A DNA stretch of 64,000 nt from a virus (Duplodnaviria > Caudoviricetes): the IMG/VR virus record IMGVR_UViG_3300025849_003344, one strand, 5' to 3'. The notes beneath the pieces were generated by a model. It was not told where the DNA came from. It made no database searches and saw only the letters and a list, made by a program, of their open reading frames with translations. Shown here piece by piece: positions 54,551-64,000 of this stretch (its first letter is position 1; every line of letters starts with the position of its first letter). The translations under genes and the position numbers were made by a program.

Positions 54551-55575
54551 CTATTAAATTCAAATCCACGAATTTTATTCATAATTTTTGTGTTCCTTTC
54601 TAACTCTTCTTTGCAAAAATGATCATACTGAGAAATTATCTCCATAGGCAAATATTCTACGCTATCGATTTCTTTTTGAGTCATGGTGAATATTGGAGAG
54701 CACCACCGTGGATCATATACAATATTATTCCAGACTAGGTTACATTCTATATTTAGAGAGTTATGCCATTCTGTTATTTCGTTAAGACTGCGAATATTAT
54801 AACTAGAAATTGTTGGAACAATACTTAAAACTTGTATTCCTAAATTAAAAACTAACTCTAAGTTTTTTACTGTTTTATCAAACGGAGTACCTCTAATCCA
54901 ATCATATTTTCTTCCTACAGCATCAATGCTGAATATTAATTCGAAATTATAATGATATTTTTTTATAATATCTAAAAACTTCTGAGGTATTAGTACGCCA
55001 TTAGTTACAATTACAACTCGGCAAAAAGGATTTATTTCAAATAAAGATTCTAATATTTGAACGTTACGCATGTCAGCAAAAGGTTCTCCACCTTTCAATG
55101 TTAATGTTTGCAAATCAGGTAATATTTCTAATACCTTTTCTAAATCGTTAGCCGATAAACTATATGATTTTTCTGCTGGACGATCGAAGTAATGTTCTAT
55201 TTTTCTCCACTGGCTACTAAACTTACTTCCACAGGTTACGCATTGTTGATTGCAAGTATTGCTTGTCGTAAGTTCTAAATATTGTAAAGTTTTTAGATCT
55301 GGATCAAATCTCTGAGAATCGTCATAGCCAGTAAAAATGTTTTGCTTTTTGTCATTCTGACAAGCAACACAATCCTTTATTTTGTTCCATCCAAAAAGGT
55401 CAAACGATTTTTGTATTTTTTCATATTCTTCACCATAAAAAAAATCATATAAACTATCTACGTCGCTTATGTGAATATTAAAAATACCTTTTTTGCTTTC
55501 AATCATACAGCATAACGTTAAATAACCCTGCGGATCAATAGTCATGCCAGTCCATGGAAAAGTACAGTTTTTCAT
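54541..55575 (-). CDS. Radical SAM protein with N-terminal SPASM/twitch domain
   Basis: CTFPW...LCC...CVAC; CNQQCVTC; GGEPF. Confidence 0.85.
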   Translation of the reverse strand: MKNCTFPWTGMTIDPQGYLTLCCMIESKKGIFNIHISDVDSLYDFFYGEEYEKIQKSFDLFGWNKIKDCVACQNDKKQNIFTGYDDSQRFDPDLKTLQYLELTTSNTCNQQCVTCGSKFSSQWRKIEHYFDRPAEKSYSLSANDLEKVLEILPDLQTLTLKGGEPFADMRNVQILESLFEINPFCRVVIVTNGVLIPQKFLDIIKKYHYNFELIFSIDAVGRKYDWIRGTPFDKTVKNLELVFNLGIQVLSIVPTISSYNIRSLNEITEWHNSLNIECNLVWNNIVYDPRWCSPIFTMTQKEIDSVEYLPMEIISQYDHFCKEELERNTKIMNKIRGFEFNSLQ

Positions 55576-55576
55576 T

Positions 55577-57283
55577 TTAAGCCGCTATTTTACTAAAGTT
55601 TTTTTCTTTTATAAATTCTAGTTTATGCTGAAACTTTCCATCCAGAATATCTCCCTTGTGAGAAATGATGAACGTATTTGAATTCTCATCAAGTGAATGT
55701 AAGATTTTCATGAGGTTTTCAACGCCATCGTGATCTAGACTGGAATCAAACGTTTCATCTAGTAGAAGTAGGTTTGTTGAAATAGAGTTTTTCATTTTAG
55801 CAATCATTCTCCAAGTAAAGAGAAGCGCCAAATCGATACGCTGCTTTTCACCTTCAGAAAATGAGTCATATGAGAATGCATCTCTGTGGCGTGATCTTAT
55901 TGTTTCTTGAAAGCTTTCATCTAAATCAAAATGAACGTAAAAATCTAAGATTTGCAGATATTGATTAACTAGCTTATTGATCACTGGCATGTATTGCTTA
56001 ATGATTTTTGTTTTAATGCCTGTATCCTTTAGCATCTCTGACATAACATTGTTGTAAGAGTATTCTTCGTTTAGTTCAAATTTCTTATAATTTAAATCAC
56101 TAACAGTATTTTCCATTACTGATAGTTCATCTTTAGCAGATTCAATATCACCAGTTTGATCTAGTTCTGTCTCCAGAGTTCGAATCTCATTTTGGATCCT
56201 GGCGATTGTTTTATTGTTAGAATGAATAACTGACTGCTTCGATCGCACTCCAGTGAGTTCATTAGTGACCCTCGTAATATTTGTTTCCAGATCAGCATAC
56301 TTTTCAGAGGCATGGTCCATTGCTTCTTTAAGTTCTTTTGCTTTAGCTTTGGAGTTATCCAGCTTCGATGATCTGAGTTCATCACTAATATCTTGGCTGC
56401 ACGTTGGGCAATTCTCATTTTCTTCGTAGAACTTAGAATCTTTAACGACCTGGGACATTTGCTGGCGGAATTGAGCTTGGTACTGTACGATCGCTTGCCT
56501 TTTATCGTGGACTTTATTAAGTTCTTCTTCGAGCGGGGCTTGCCTTTCTTCAACTTCCGCCGATAGGCCAATGTTTTCATCTTGTAATTCCTTAGCTTCT
56601 TTAGTTAGCTCATTAACTCTAGAATCTTTCTTTTCCTTCTCTACATTATTCAATGCTTTAATATCAGAAATGTATTTTTTCTGAGTTGTAATTTTATTAT
56701 TTTCGACGTCTAATTTAAAGGAAATATCTTTTAGACTATCTTTAAGTGTAGCAGTTTTTTCTTTTAAAAGCTGATTCATTTTAGAAAAAACATTAATGTC
56801 CAGAAGATCCTCGATCACATCCCGCCGGTGTTGTGCAGGGAGTTGCATGAAAGGAACAAAGGAGGACGACCCCAAGACAACGATCTGATGAAAGCTTTTA
56901 TGATTTAGCTTCAAGATGTTTTGCTCGAGAATCTTCTGGTACTCTTTGGAATGAGATGATTGATTAATCATATCACCATTCTTCCAAATCTCAAATACGT
57001 TTGGTTTAATGCCACGTATAATTTTATACGAAGCTTTACCTACATCAAAGGTAACTTCAACCGAACAGTTTTTATTGTTAATTGAATTTACTAATTGTGG
57101 TTTGTTGATATTACGATGTGGCTTACCAAATAAACCAAACGCAATAGCGTCTAGCATGGTTGACTTGCCAGCACCATTTTGACCTACAATCAATGTAGAC
57201 TTAGATTGGTTTAAATTGACTTCTGTCCAATTATTACCTGTAGACAAGAAGTTTTTAAACCTTAAACTTTTAAATAAAATCAT
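55577..57283 (-). CDS. 46: Recombination endonuclease ATPase gp46
   Basis: GQNGAGKS, CPTC hook, FSEGE, LLLDE, ISH. Confidence 0.97.
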   Translation of the reverse strand: MILFKSLRFKNFLSTGNNWTEVNLNQSKSTLIVGQNGAGKSTMLDAIAFGLFGKPHRNINKPQLVNSINNKNCSVEVTFDVGKASYKIIRGIKPNVFEIWKNGDMINQSSHSKEYQKILEQNILKLNHKSFHQIVVLGSSSFVPFMQLPAQHRRDVIEDLLDINVFSKMNQLLKEKTATLKDSLKDISFKLDVENNKITTQKKYISDIKALNNVEKEKKDSRVNELTKEAKELQDENIGLSAEVEERQAPLEEELNKVHDKRQAIVQYQAQFRQQMSQVVKDSKFYEENENCPTCSQDISDELRSSKLDNSKAKAKELKEAMDHASEKYADLETNITRVTNELTGVRSKQSVIHSNNKTIARIQNEIRTLETELDQTGDIESAKDELSVMENTVSDLNYKKFELNEEYSYNNVMSEMLKDTGIKTKIIKQYMPVINKLVNQYLQILDFYVHFDLDESFQETIRSRHRDAFSYDSFSEGEKQRIDLALLFTWRMIAKMKNSISTNLLLLDETFDSSLDHDGVENLMKILHSLDENSNTFIISHKGDILDGKFQHKLEFIKEKNFSKIAA

Positions 57284-58341
57284 ACTGTTTCGATAGCCTG
57301 TGCTTCAGTCATAAGATTACGCATAGAAACCTTTAGCCTAGGTTTATCTAAGTCTGTATCAACAGCTTCGATATACGAATCCAATAATTCAGTCGTCTCT
57401 TCAATTGAAACAGATTCATCTTCAACATTATCACCAATAAACTCGTCAAAGTTTTCAGCAATTTTTAGATCATGAATCTTCCTGTTTTGTATTCTATCAA
57501 CAAATCGATCAAATGTAAACAGGTCTTTTTTATTAACGACAACAATTTTTACGAACTTATTATCTAAATCAGTTACGTTGTACTTATTATAATCTATTTT
57601 GTCGTCATTGTACACAATTTTATGAAATAAAGTGTGAGGATTTTGTATAGCTTCTATCTCACGTGTTTCTGTATCAACAACATGAAAGTGTTTGGGATCA
57701 TCGGCATCAGACCAAAAGAATTCTAATTGAGTGCCAAGATATGTTACATTGTCACGCTGCGATTTAGTATGGTAATGTCCTGATAAAACTTTTTCAAACC
57801 GAGATAGTGTTCTATGATCTAATCCGTGCGGAGCAACAACACCACGCATAACATTAAAACCAGCAAATTCAAAGTGACCGCCGACCCAGTCGCACTTGGC
57901 ATTTTGTATAAACTCCATTGTGCGGTCGTTGTTTTCAGGACAAATCCACGGTATCATTCCAATCTTAAGAGATCCATATTCCATTACGGTTGGTTCATGA
58001 ATAATATGGACCTCATTCATGTAATGCCCAAGTAACTCTTTTAATGAATTTAGATCATTAGTGTTTTTGTAGTAAGTGTCATGGTTACCACAAATGATAT
58101 CCATTGTTATTTTTTCTTTCCGAATCCGTTCAAGGAATACATGGCGGTTCCGGTTAAGAGCGCGGAAGTTAATAAATTTCCTGTTATCAAAGTAATCGCC
58201 AAGATGGATAATATGGCGAATATCATGTTCCAAAAGATAAGGAAAAAATACATCATTATAAAATTTCTCTGCATTATCGAGAAATACGTCAGAGCTATTG
58301 CGGATACCACAATGAGTGTCATTTAAAATTGCTACTTTCAT
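57280..58341 (-). CDS. 47: Recombination endonuclease gp47
   Basis: NDTH, HLGDYFD, GNHD, GHFE, SGHYH. Confidence 0.97.
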   Translation of the reverse strand: MKVAILNDTHCGIRNSSDVFLDNAEKFYNDVFFPYLLEHDIRHIIHLGDYFDNRKFINFRALNRNRHVFLERIRKEKITMDIICGNHDTYYKNTNDLNSLKELLGHYMNEVHIIHEPTVMEYGSLKIGMIPWICPENNDRTMEFIQNAKCDWVGGHFEFAGFNVMRGVVAPHGLDHRTLSRFEKVLSGHYHTKSQRDNVTYLGTQLEFFWSDADDPKHFHVVDTETREIEAIQNPHTLFHKIVYNDDKIDYNKYNVTDLDNKFVKIVVVNKKDLFTFDRFVDRIQNRKIHDLKIAENFDEFIGDNVEDESVSIEETTELLDSYIEAVDTDLDKPRLKVSMRNLMTEAQAIETV

Positions 58342-58916
58342 TTAAAAAACTTTGTCAAATCAGAATCTACTTTTTGCATTGGACGCCGGCGTTTCTTTTC
58401 TTTTTTAACAAAAGCTTTTACTTCAGTATCATATTCTTTTACTTTTTCGATACGGCCTCTTAACGTGTCAATGAAGTGAGCTGATACTGCATTATCAGTT
58501 TCGTCCAATAAGAAAGATTCAACACCTGTTTGTGACATGTATTTAAATTTAATATCTTGCTGTTTCTTTTCTTTAGCAATACGACGTAAAAACGCATACC
58601 AAGAAATCTGTGTAAAGTATGCAAACGCATTAGGTTTACCAGATCGTGTGGCTGCTTCTAGATTATAATTTTCGATGGCTTTTAAACAATTTTCAACTGC
58701 GTCCATAACCATTTCTTCACGATACGTATACCGAATAAAGTTTGATTTATGAGAAAGTCCTTCAGCAATCTTAAGAAAACACTGAGCAATATAGTTTGGA
58801 ACTATAGGGAGAGCTTCTTCGTTTTGCTTAGCTTCACGTACAATTGTAACGTAGTCTACAACCGCTTGTGAGAATTGTGCATTATTTACGTAATGTGGTC
58901 TATCTTTAGGTTTCAT
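58338..58916 (-). CDS. 55: Late sigma factor gp55
   Basis: HYVNN, IAEGLS..NF..YTY..EM..D, AFAYFTQI. Confidence 0.95.
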   Translation of the reverse strand: MKPKDRPHYVNNAQFSQAVVDYVTIVREAKQNEEALPIVPNYIAQCFLKIAEGLSHKSNFIRYTYREEMVMDAVENCLKAIENYNLEAATRSGKPNAFAYFTQISWYAFLRRIAKEKKQQDIKFKYMSQTGVESFLLDETDNAVSAHFIDTLRGRIEKVKEYDTEVKAFVKKEKKRRRPMQKVDSDLTKFFK

Positions 58917-58937
58917 AATATATCCTCAATATAATAT

Positions 58938-58966
58938 ATTCTATCACATTTGGGCACGGATGTACA
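58938..58966 (-). promoter_or_regulatory. Promoter for gp55
   Basis: TGTACA-N17-TAGAAT. Confidence 0.75.
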
Positions 58967-59000
58967 CTAAAAAAATAATTAATTTTAGCTAAATTAACTG

Positions 59001-59029
59001 TGTACAAACCATATAAACTGGTGTATAAT
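59001..59029 (+). promoter_or_regulatory. Divergent plus-strand promoter (antisense to 59065-59499 and uvsW)
   Basis: AAATTAACTG-TGTACA-N17-TATAAT. Confidence 0.7.
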
Positions 59030-59064
59030 TAAAGAGTAAGCACTGAGGGAGGACAGTATACCTG

Positions 59065-59499
59065 TCAGTGTATCTTATCTGAAGGTCCCGGAAACGATAT
59101 GATATTTCCTAATTCTGCAGAATCTAATCCTTCTTGATCTGACATGTATTGTCTAGCTTTTTTCTCTGCCGTCTTTTTAACGTCATCTTCGTTATTGTCA
59201 CTTGTAAGCCCTTCTAATGAAATAAAATACTCATTAATAAGATCTTTAGATGGAGCAGCTTCAGCCATAATATGTGAACATTGAATTATTTGAAAAGCTT
59301 CAGGTTCTAATTGATACATCATATAAGGGCGAAAGGCAAAAAATCTAACCCCGCTTGGATTCATGCTTTCGATAGCATATAGTTTAAGAGCTTTACGAAC
59401 TACAATAGCGTCTTCTTCTTCGTGAAATTCTACAACTTCACACATGACTTCTTCGCCGCCTGATAATTTAAATTGTCTAAGATCCAATTGGTACCTCAA
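59065..59499 (-). CDS. Conserved hypothetical protein downstream of uvsW
   Basis: RQFKLSGGEEVMCEV. Confidence 0.7.
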   Translation of the reverse strand: MRYQLDLRQFKLSGGEEVMCEVVEFHEEEDAIVVRKALKLYAIESMNPSGVRFFAFRPYMMYQLEPEAFQIIQCSHIMAEAAPSKDLINEYFISLEGLTSDNNEDDVKKTAEKKARQYMSDQEGLDSAELGNIISFPGPSDKIH

Positions 59500-61003
59500 T
59501 TATTTTATAATTAAACTCTTCTTTATTATATATTTTTACTCTTTCTTCGCTATGAAGGAGAGCATAGTTCTTTCTTCCTTTAGTATGCAAATCATCCGCT
59601 AAGTCAAAAAGTTTAGTAGCCTGTCCATTCTCCGATTTCCGTAATCCTCGCCCAATCGATTGTAATACTTTGATTTGTGATTTTGAGGGACTTGCAAATA
59701 TAATATTATGCAAATTCCGTATATTGATACCAGTGCTGAAAGTACCAAGACTAGCGACAATGATAGCATTTTTCTGACTCTCTGTAATTTCTCTTATAGC
59801 TTCTCGATCAGATGTTGCAACTTCACCAGATACATAAAAAATCTTTCTACCTTCTTCAGCCTTATTATTAATCATATCAAAAAGAGGCTTACCGTGTTTA
59901 TCGACATAGTTGAATAACACAAGAGTATTTCCATCAGTATCTAAAGCTAAATTTCGAATAAAATTATTACGTTTTTCATTTCGAACAATAAAGTCAATTT
60001 CATCTTGATAATTTGCTTTTCCTAAAGACTTACGAATTTCTTCATCATATTTAAGAACAATTATATTTATATCGAGTTTAGCAAGCGTGTTACTGTCTTG
60101 CAGAGCCTTGGTTGTTGTAACCCTATGGATTTTACCGAACAAGCCTTGTAATACAAGGTGGTGGACTTGGGCGTTGTCCAGAGTACCAGTTGTACCAATT
60201 CTATATTTTGCTTGACTACATTTATTCATAATGTCTGTCAGAGACTTAGATTTAAATCCATGGCACTCATCTCCGATAACCATGCCAAATTGCTCAAACC
60301 ATTCAGGATCTAGTTTATAAATTGACTGCCACGTAGAAACTACAATATCAGAATCTATGCGGTCTTTGTCTTTACCCGAATAGATTTTATGAATGCCTTT
60401 AGCGTTATATCCATAATCAATAAAATCTTTTTCCATCTGCTCAACAAGTGAAGTTGTAGGAACAACTACTAACACTTTATCGGCTTCAGGATAATTAACT
60501 TCGTTTGTTAAATATTTAAGCCATATTTGAGCTAAACAGTAGATAATTAAAGATTTACCAGAACCAGTTGGAGATAGTAGTACGCATCTATTTAAATTTA
60601 ATGCTTTCATTACAGCATCAAATTGGTAATCTCTTATGTCAATTGGCTTGCCACGAGATTGAAGTTTTAGATCTTTAATATATGTAAAAACATCATTTGG
60701 GTCTTGCTCGCTTCTGTCTACTAAAGATCCGTAATCAGATGATTCTACTTTTAGAGTATAACTATTTCTTTTACAAAATTCATCAACAAAAGGATAAAGT
60801 CCTGCCGGCAATTCTCTTGATGTAGAATTAAATAATCTGATTTTACCATCCCAGATTTTTCGTTTGTACAGTTTCATGTACTTGTAACCAGGAACGAAGA
60901 AAGAAAAATATTCACTTAAACCATGAGCAATACCTGCATCGCAATCTACTAAAGCTATACTTTCATTTTTCTTCCATATTGTAATATCACCCGCCACTCT
61001 CAA
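59477..61003 (-). CDS. uvsW: RNA-DNA/DNA-DNA helicase UvsW
   Basis: SPTGSGKS, VPTTSLV, DECH, TGT, TGINI. Confidence 0.95.
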   Translation of the reverse strand: MRVAGDITIWKKNESIALVDCDAGIAHGLSEYFSFFVPGYKYMKLYKRKIWDGKIRLFNSTSRELPAGLYPFVDEFCKRNSYTLKVESSDYGSLVDRSEQDPNDVFTYIKDLKLQSRGKPIDIRDYQFDAVMKALNLNRCVLLSPTGSGKSLIIYCLAQIWLKYLTNEVNYPEADKVLVVVPTTSLVEQMEKDFIDYGYNAKGIHKIYSGKDKDRIDSDIVVSTWQSIYKLDPEWFEQFGMVIGDECHGFKSKSLTDIMNKCSQAKYRIGTTGTLDNAQVHHLVLQGLFGKIHRVTTTKALQDSNTLAKLDINIIVLKYDEEIRKSLGKANYQDEIDFIVRNEKRNNFIRNLALDTDGNTLVLFNYVDKHGKPLFDMINNKAEEGRKIFYVSGEVATSDREAIREITESQKNAIIVASLGTFSTGINIRNLHNIIFASPSKSQIKVLQSIGRGLRKSENGQATKLFDLADDLHTKGRKNYALLHSEERVKIYNKEEFNYKIIEVPIGS

Positions 61004-61430
61004 ATATTCTCCACTTAATCATATTGCCAATTGTTTGATGTCGCCAAGTAACGTTATTAATAATTTCGTTTAATGTTTCAATAATTGTTTTTAAATATTC
61101 TATTTTCTCAACAGAGTGCTGTATTTCCGGATCTGCATCGTAGTAATAATCCATTTCGCCTTTGAGTATCTTAAGCCCATCAAAAGGGTCCGGCTTCCAG
61201 CCTTTTTCACCAATTTCACTTTGATCCATTTTGCCATTGTAATAAAGCCACTTGTCCTTAAGCAATATTTTCTGGTTCTGTTCAGCCTTTTTTAGGCGAA
61301 GTTTTGTTGTTGAAAGAAGTTCTAAATATTTTGCATGAAGCATGGGAGTTTGTCTAGAAGATTCATCTAAACTAGTTTGACCAATAACACAGTCGCTCGA
61401 CCACATGTCGAGAATCATTTTTAAATCCAT
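60987..61430 (-). CDS. uvsY: Recombination mediator UvsY
   Basis: W..DCVI, P.LHAKY, YY.ADPE, R..TI.N.I.W. Confidence 0.9.
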   Translation of the reverse strand: MDLKMILDMWSSDCVIGQTSLDESSRQTPMLHAKYLELLSTTKLRLKKAEQNQKILLKDKWLYYNGKMDQSEIGEKGWKPDPFDGLKILKGEMDYYYDADPEIQHSVEKIEYLKTIIETLNEIINNVTWRHQTIGNMIKWRIFESGG

Positions 61431-61444
61431 AATATATCCTAAGG

Positions 61445-61981
61445 TTATTCAATTTCAAAGTATGAGAACCTAAACGAAATGGGGAATGTCATATACTGAA
61501 CATCTCCAGCCGCGGCTTCAAAAGCAATATCTCCTAATAGAGTGGGCACTGCATCTCTATATATTATCTTCTTCGCTATGTTATTATGGCTAGTCAATAT
61601 AGAAAGACTAATATCAGCAGTTGAAGGACCCTTTGCTCCGTTCTCTGCCTCTGCAGGTTTTACGTCTGGCGCTTCTACAAATGATTTCAGCCACTCATAC
61701 ATTTCAGTATAAGCTGAAAGGTTTTCATCCATAATAATCATTGCGGTCATTTCACCAAAAACTAGTTTGTCACCAGTAAGAGGGATAGATCCAATTCTTC
61801 TATAAGGAACTTCAATAGCTGAAATTTGCATATCTGGGTGTTGTACAGACTGCGCAAAATATTCAACGTTTGGAAAATACTTACGGTTAATGCCTAACTT
61901 AAATCCAGTTGGCTGTAAGTAGTTTACATTTGTTGCAAGAGTAGATTCTAGAATTCCAGTTGATATAGTTGGTGTAGCCAT
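61445..61981 (-). CDS. 3: Tail completion/sheath stabiliser gp3
   Basis: NYLQPTGF, GDKL.FG, DEN..AY.E.Y.W. Confidence 0.8.
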   Translation of the reverse strand: MATPTISTGILESTLATNVNYLQPTGFKLGINRKYFPNVEYFAQSVQHPDMQISAIEVPYRRIGSIPLTGDKLVFGEMTAMIIMDENLSAYTEMYEWLKSFVEAPDVKPAEAENGAKGPSTADISLSILTSHNNIAKKIIYRDAVPTLLGDIAFEAAAGDVQYMTFPISFRFSYFEIE

Positions 61982-61983
61982 AA

Positions 61984-62598
61984 TTAGTGTCCGTTCGTTA
62001 CGGTGTTATAAAACAACTTGCCAGAGAAATCTGTAGTTTTAGCTATGCTAGGACCAGAGTAACTGAATACCGCCGTACCTGGGCCAGTATCGTTACCGAA
62101 AATAGCATATAGTTTATAGTATTGGCCGTTTATTAAATTAAATGTGCCACTTCTTTCTGTCGCGCCATGTCTACCGCCATTTTGTACAACAGCATTATCC
62201 AGGTCTTCATTTGCAGGAGGTCCAGCGTCAGGTCCAAGGAAAAGATAACTGGCGTCATCTGAGTTAATAAAGAAAGTAAATTCGCCTGTAGCTGGTGCTA
62301 AGAAATAACCAGTCTCAGTATAGGTTGTACTCTCACTAACTGTTCCAGGCCTACTAACGCTAGTAGTAGCACCTTCAGCCGAGATAGTTGCCCCGCCGTT
62401 AATAATAACTGAGTCGTACGTAGGTTGGTCATCATAAGGTCCGGAACCTAGTTGTCCGAAGTAATTATTATAAGTTCTCTCATATACACCAGATGCAAGG
62501 GTAAGATCACTAACGTCATCAGCGACAACGTCGCCCATCTGTATATTCCTGATCATGGAAACTCCAAGACCAGATCCCATACCCATACTAATAGTCAT
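61984..62598 (-). CDS. Putative head-spike fibre with PA14 domain
   Basis: N-terminal MGMGSGLG; GYFLAPATGEFTFFINSDDAS (PA14). Confidence 0.7.
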   Translation of the reverse strand: MTISMGMGSGLGVSMIRNIQMGDVVADDVSDLTLASGVYERTYNNYFGQLGSGPYDDQPTYDSVIINGGATISAEGATTSVSRPGTVSESTTYTETGYFLAPATGEFTFFINSDDASYLFLGPDAGPPANEDLDNAVVQNGGRHGATERSGTFNLINGQYYKLYAIFGNDTGPGTAVFSYSGPSIAKTTDFSGKLFYNTVTNGH

Positions 62599-62599
62599 T

Positions 62600-62863
62600 T
62601 TACCAAAGACCTACTAGGTTAGTTGCAGTAGTTCCGGTCGCATATACTCTAGACGCTCTAACAGGAATAACAGTACCGGCAACCACGCCACTCAACGTTA
62701 CGGTATCACCTAAAACCGTATCGATTTTGACATTACCTGCTCCACCAATATACAACGATCTAGTAGCATTAGTTAAATCAGTTGTGTCATTAGGTGTGAT
62801 AGCAGCCGCATTTTCTGCAGGTGACTCAAGATGCGGCGAATAGCTTTTATATTTGTCTGACAT
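62600..62863 (-). CDS. Head spike base protein, RcGTA Rcc01079-like
   Basis: LESPA..A..ITP.D..DL...R.LYIGG.G...RVYATGTTAT..VGL. Confidence 0.8.
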   Translation of the reverse strand: MSDKYKSYSPHLESPAENAAAITPNDTTDLTNATRSLYIGGAGNVKIDTVLGDTVTLSGVVAGTVIPVRASRVYATGTTATNLVGLW

Positions 62864-62888
62864 TATTTTTCCACTTTACCTTTAAATG

Positions 62889-62896
62889 TATTTATA
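62889..62896 (-). promoter_or_regulatory. T4-type late promoter
   Basis: TATAAATA. Confidence 0.75.
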
Positions 62897-62898
62897 AT

Positions 62899-62926
62899 AA
62901 AAAAAGGGCCGCCGAAGCGACCCTCT
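62899..62926 (-). terminator. gp23 terminator
   Basis: GAGGGTCGC-TTCG-GCGGCCCTT followed by a T run. Confidence 0.85.
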
Positions 62927-62948
62927 AGTTAGATTTTTCCTATTTGGC

Positions 62949-64000
62949 TTAAGCCATAATGTTGTCGACTCGGAAAATTCTGTAGTATTGGTTTGATTTC
63001 GCAGCAGCAAGACCATTTGCAGGTGTTGCACCGACGAATGGGTTTGAAGCCATGCCGTAGCGAGTTTTGAAACCAATTTTTGGCTGGAAGTTATCTTCAC
63101 CAACCGCACGAACCATTGTGAGCGGTACGTATGGGCAATAGAAGAGACCAGCGTCATATGGGTTTGTACCCTTATAACCAACAGTCACATAGTCAACAGT
63201 TGCATATGGGTCAATATAGACTCTTGTGCGACCGTTAAGAACACCAGCAAATGTGTTGCCTGTGTCATCTACGTTCAAGTTAGTGGACAGCGCTGGAGTG
63301 TAATCCAACATACCGGAAGCAGCCAAAGCAGAAGCTACGTCTGAAGAACAGATAATGAAGTTACCTTTTCCTCTACGTGTTTCTTTTGCAATTACGTTTG
63401 CTTCACGTTCGATTTGAACGATCAGGCCTTTGAATTTCTCAACAGACCAACGGCCATCTGCATCAGATGACATATCAAAGATACCGTTAACAGCTGTGGA
63501 AGCTTGAAGGGCACCAGTTTTGGCTTGCGAGTTGATTGTACGAATTACTTCGCGGTTGATTTCAGCCAAGATTTCAGTTGAAAGAATGTTGGCCAACTCT
63601 GTTTCAGCGTCAAGACCGTGAATCGCTTTCAAGTCTTGAGCAAGCTCTAGCGAGTACTCAGCTTTTAGCGCACGTGATTTCGCTGTCACAGTTGCTTTTT
63701 CAATGGTGAAACCCATTTGTTCGAAAGCATTGTTTGCGGAATCACCAAGAGTTTCAGCAGAGTCTGTTGTCATACCAATGTTAGCAAGATTGGTCAGACG
63801 ATCTGAGTCAATTGTGTTTGGTGAGTTAGCGTTAGTAACATCCAAACCTGAACCGTCTGCACCAGCAGCCGCAGCAGTTTTTGTACCTGCGTGACGCGCG
63901 TTAGCTTCGTTGAACAGAGCTTCTGTTGAACCAGTTGCACCAGAGTCGTAACGTGATTTCATCGCAAAGATGAGACCAGTTGGGCCGGACATAGGCTGAA
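62949..64000 (-). CDS. 23: Major capsid protein gp23 (5' part outside the window)
   Basis: QPMSGPTGLIFAM, SRALKAEYS.ELAQDLKA.HG, YCPYVPL, GFKTRYG. Confidence 0.98.
   Translation of the reverse strand, partial: QPMSGPTGLIFAMKSRYDSGATGSTEALFNEANARHAGTKTAAAAGADGSGLDVTNANSPNTIDSDRLTNLANIGMTTDSAETLGDSANNAFEQMGFTIEKATVTAKSRALKAEYSLELAQDLKAIHGLDAETELANILSTEILAEINREVIRTINSQAKTGALQASTAVNGIFDMSSDADGRWSVEKFKGLIVQIEREANVIAKETRRGKGNFIICSSDVASALAASGMLDYTPALSTNLNVDDTGNTFAGVLNGRTRVYIDPYATVDYVTVGYKGTNPYDAGLFYCPYVPLTMVRAVGEDNFQPKIGFKTRYGMASNPFVGATPANGLAAAKSNQYYRIFRVDNIMA

Noticed and set aside
1422-63894. Numerous plus-strand and alternate-frame ORFs of 60-150 aa
   Set aside because: They overlap well-supported genes, lack SDs and show no recognisable motifs
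1-64000. Genome-wide TAG reassignment
   Set aside because: TAG terminates several clear genes (1692, 16922, 21272); only one internal TAG was found
1-64000. tRNA genes
   Set aside because: The only tRNA-like arm with CCA belongs to the tmRNA; none other recognised by eye

Overview
About 64 kb of a T4-like (Tevenvirinae-type) marine myophage genome, almost all on the minus strand. It holds the core replication module (gp43, 41, uvsX, 44/62/45, regA, 46/47, 55, uvsW, uvsY), the 3' part of gp23 and gp3, nucleotide metabolism (nrdAB, thyX, dCMP deaminase) and spanins. The host is probably an alphaproteobacterium, inferred from a two-piece permuted tmRNA, a ROSE-like thermometer on hsp20, cytochrome c2, DUF1127 and an RcGTA-type head spike. 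The best candidate for an undescribed system is a base-hypermodification cluster at about 30.6-41.8 kb. It joins a gp42-type (Asp-specificity) dCMP-modifying enzyme to an aGPT-Pplase-like DNA transferase, an ACC-deaminase-like PLP enzyme, an SGNH-like protein, KdsA/KdsB and sugar-nucleotide enzymes, and ThyX is present to supply normal T. Other notable items: a TctA/TctC + 2OG-oxygenase + ATP-grasp island, a cassette array bounded by a 33-bp repeat, a nearly G-free ORF, an amber-interrupted hydrolase, candidate structured RNAs, an antisense promoter, and a block of predicted capsid-internal proteins. All family assignments come from motif recognition by eye; no database searches were run.
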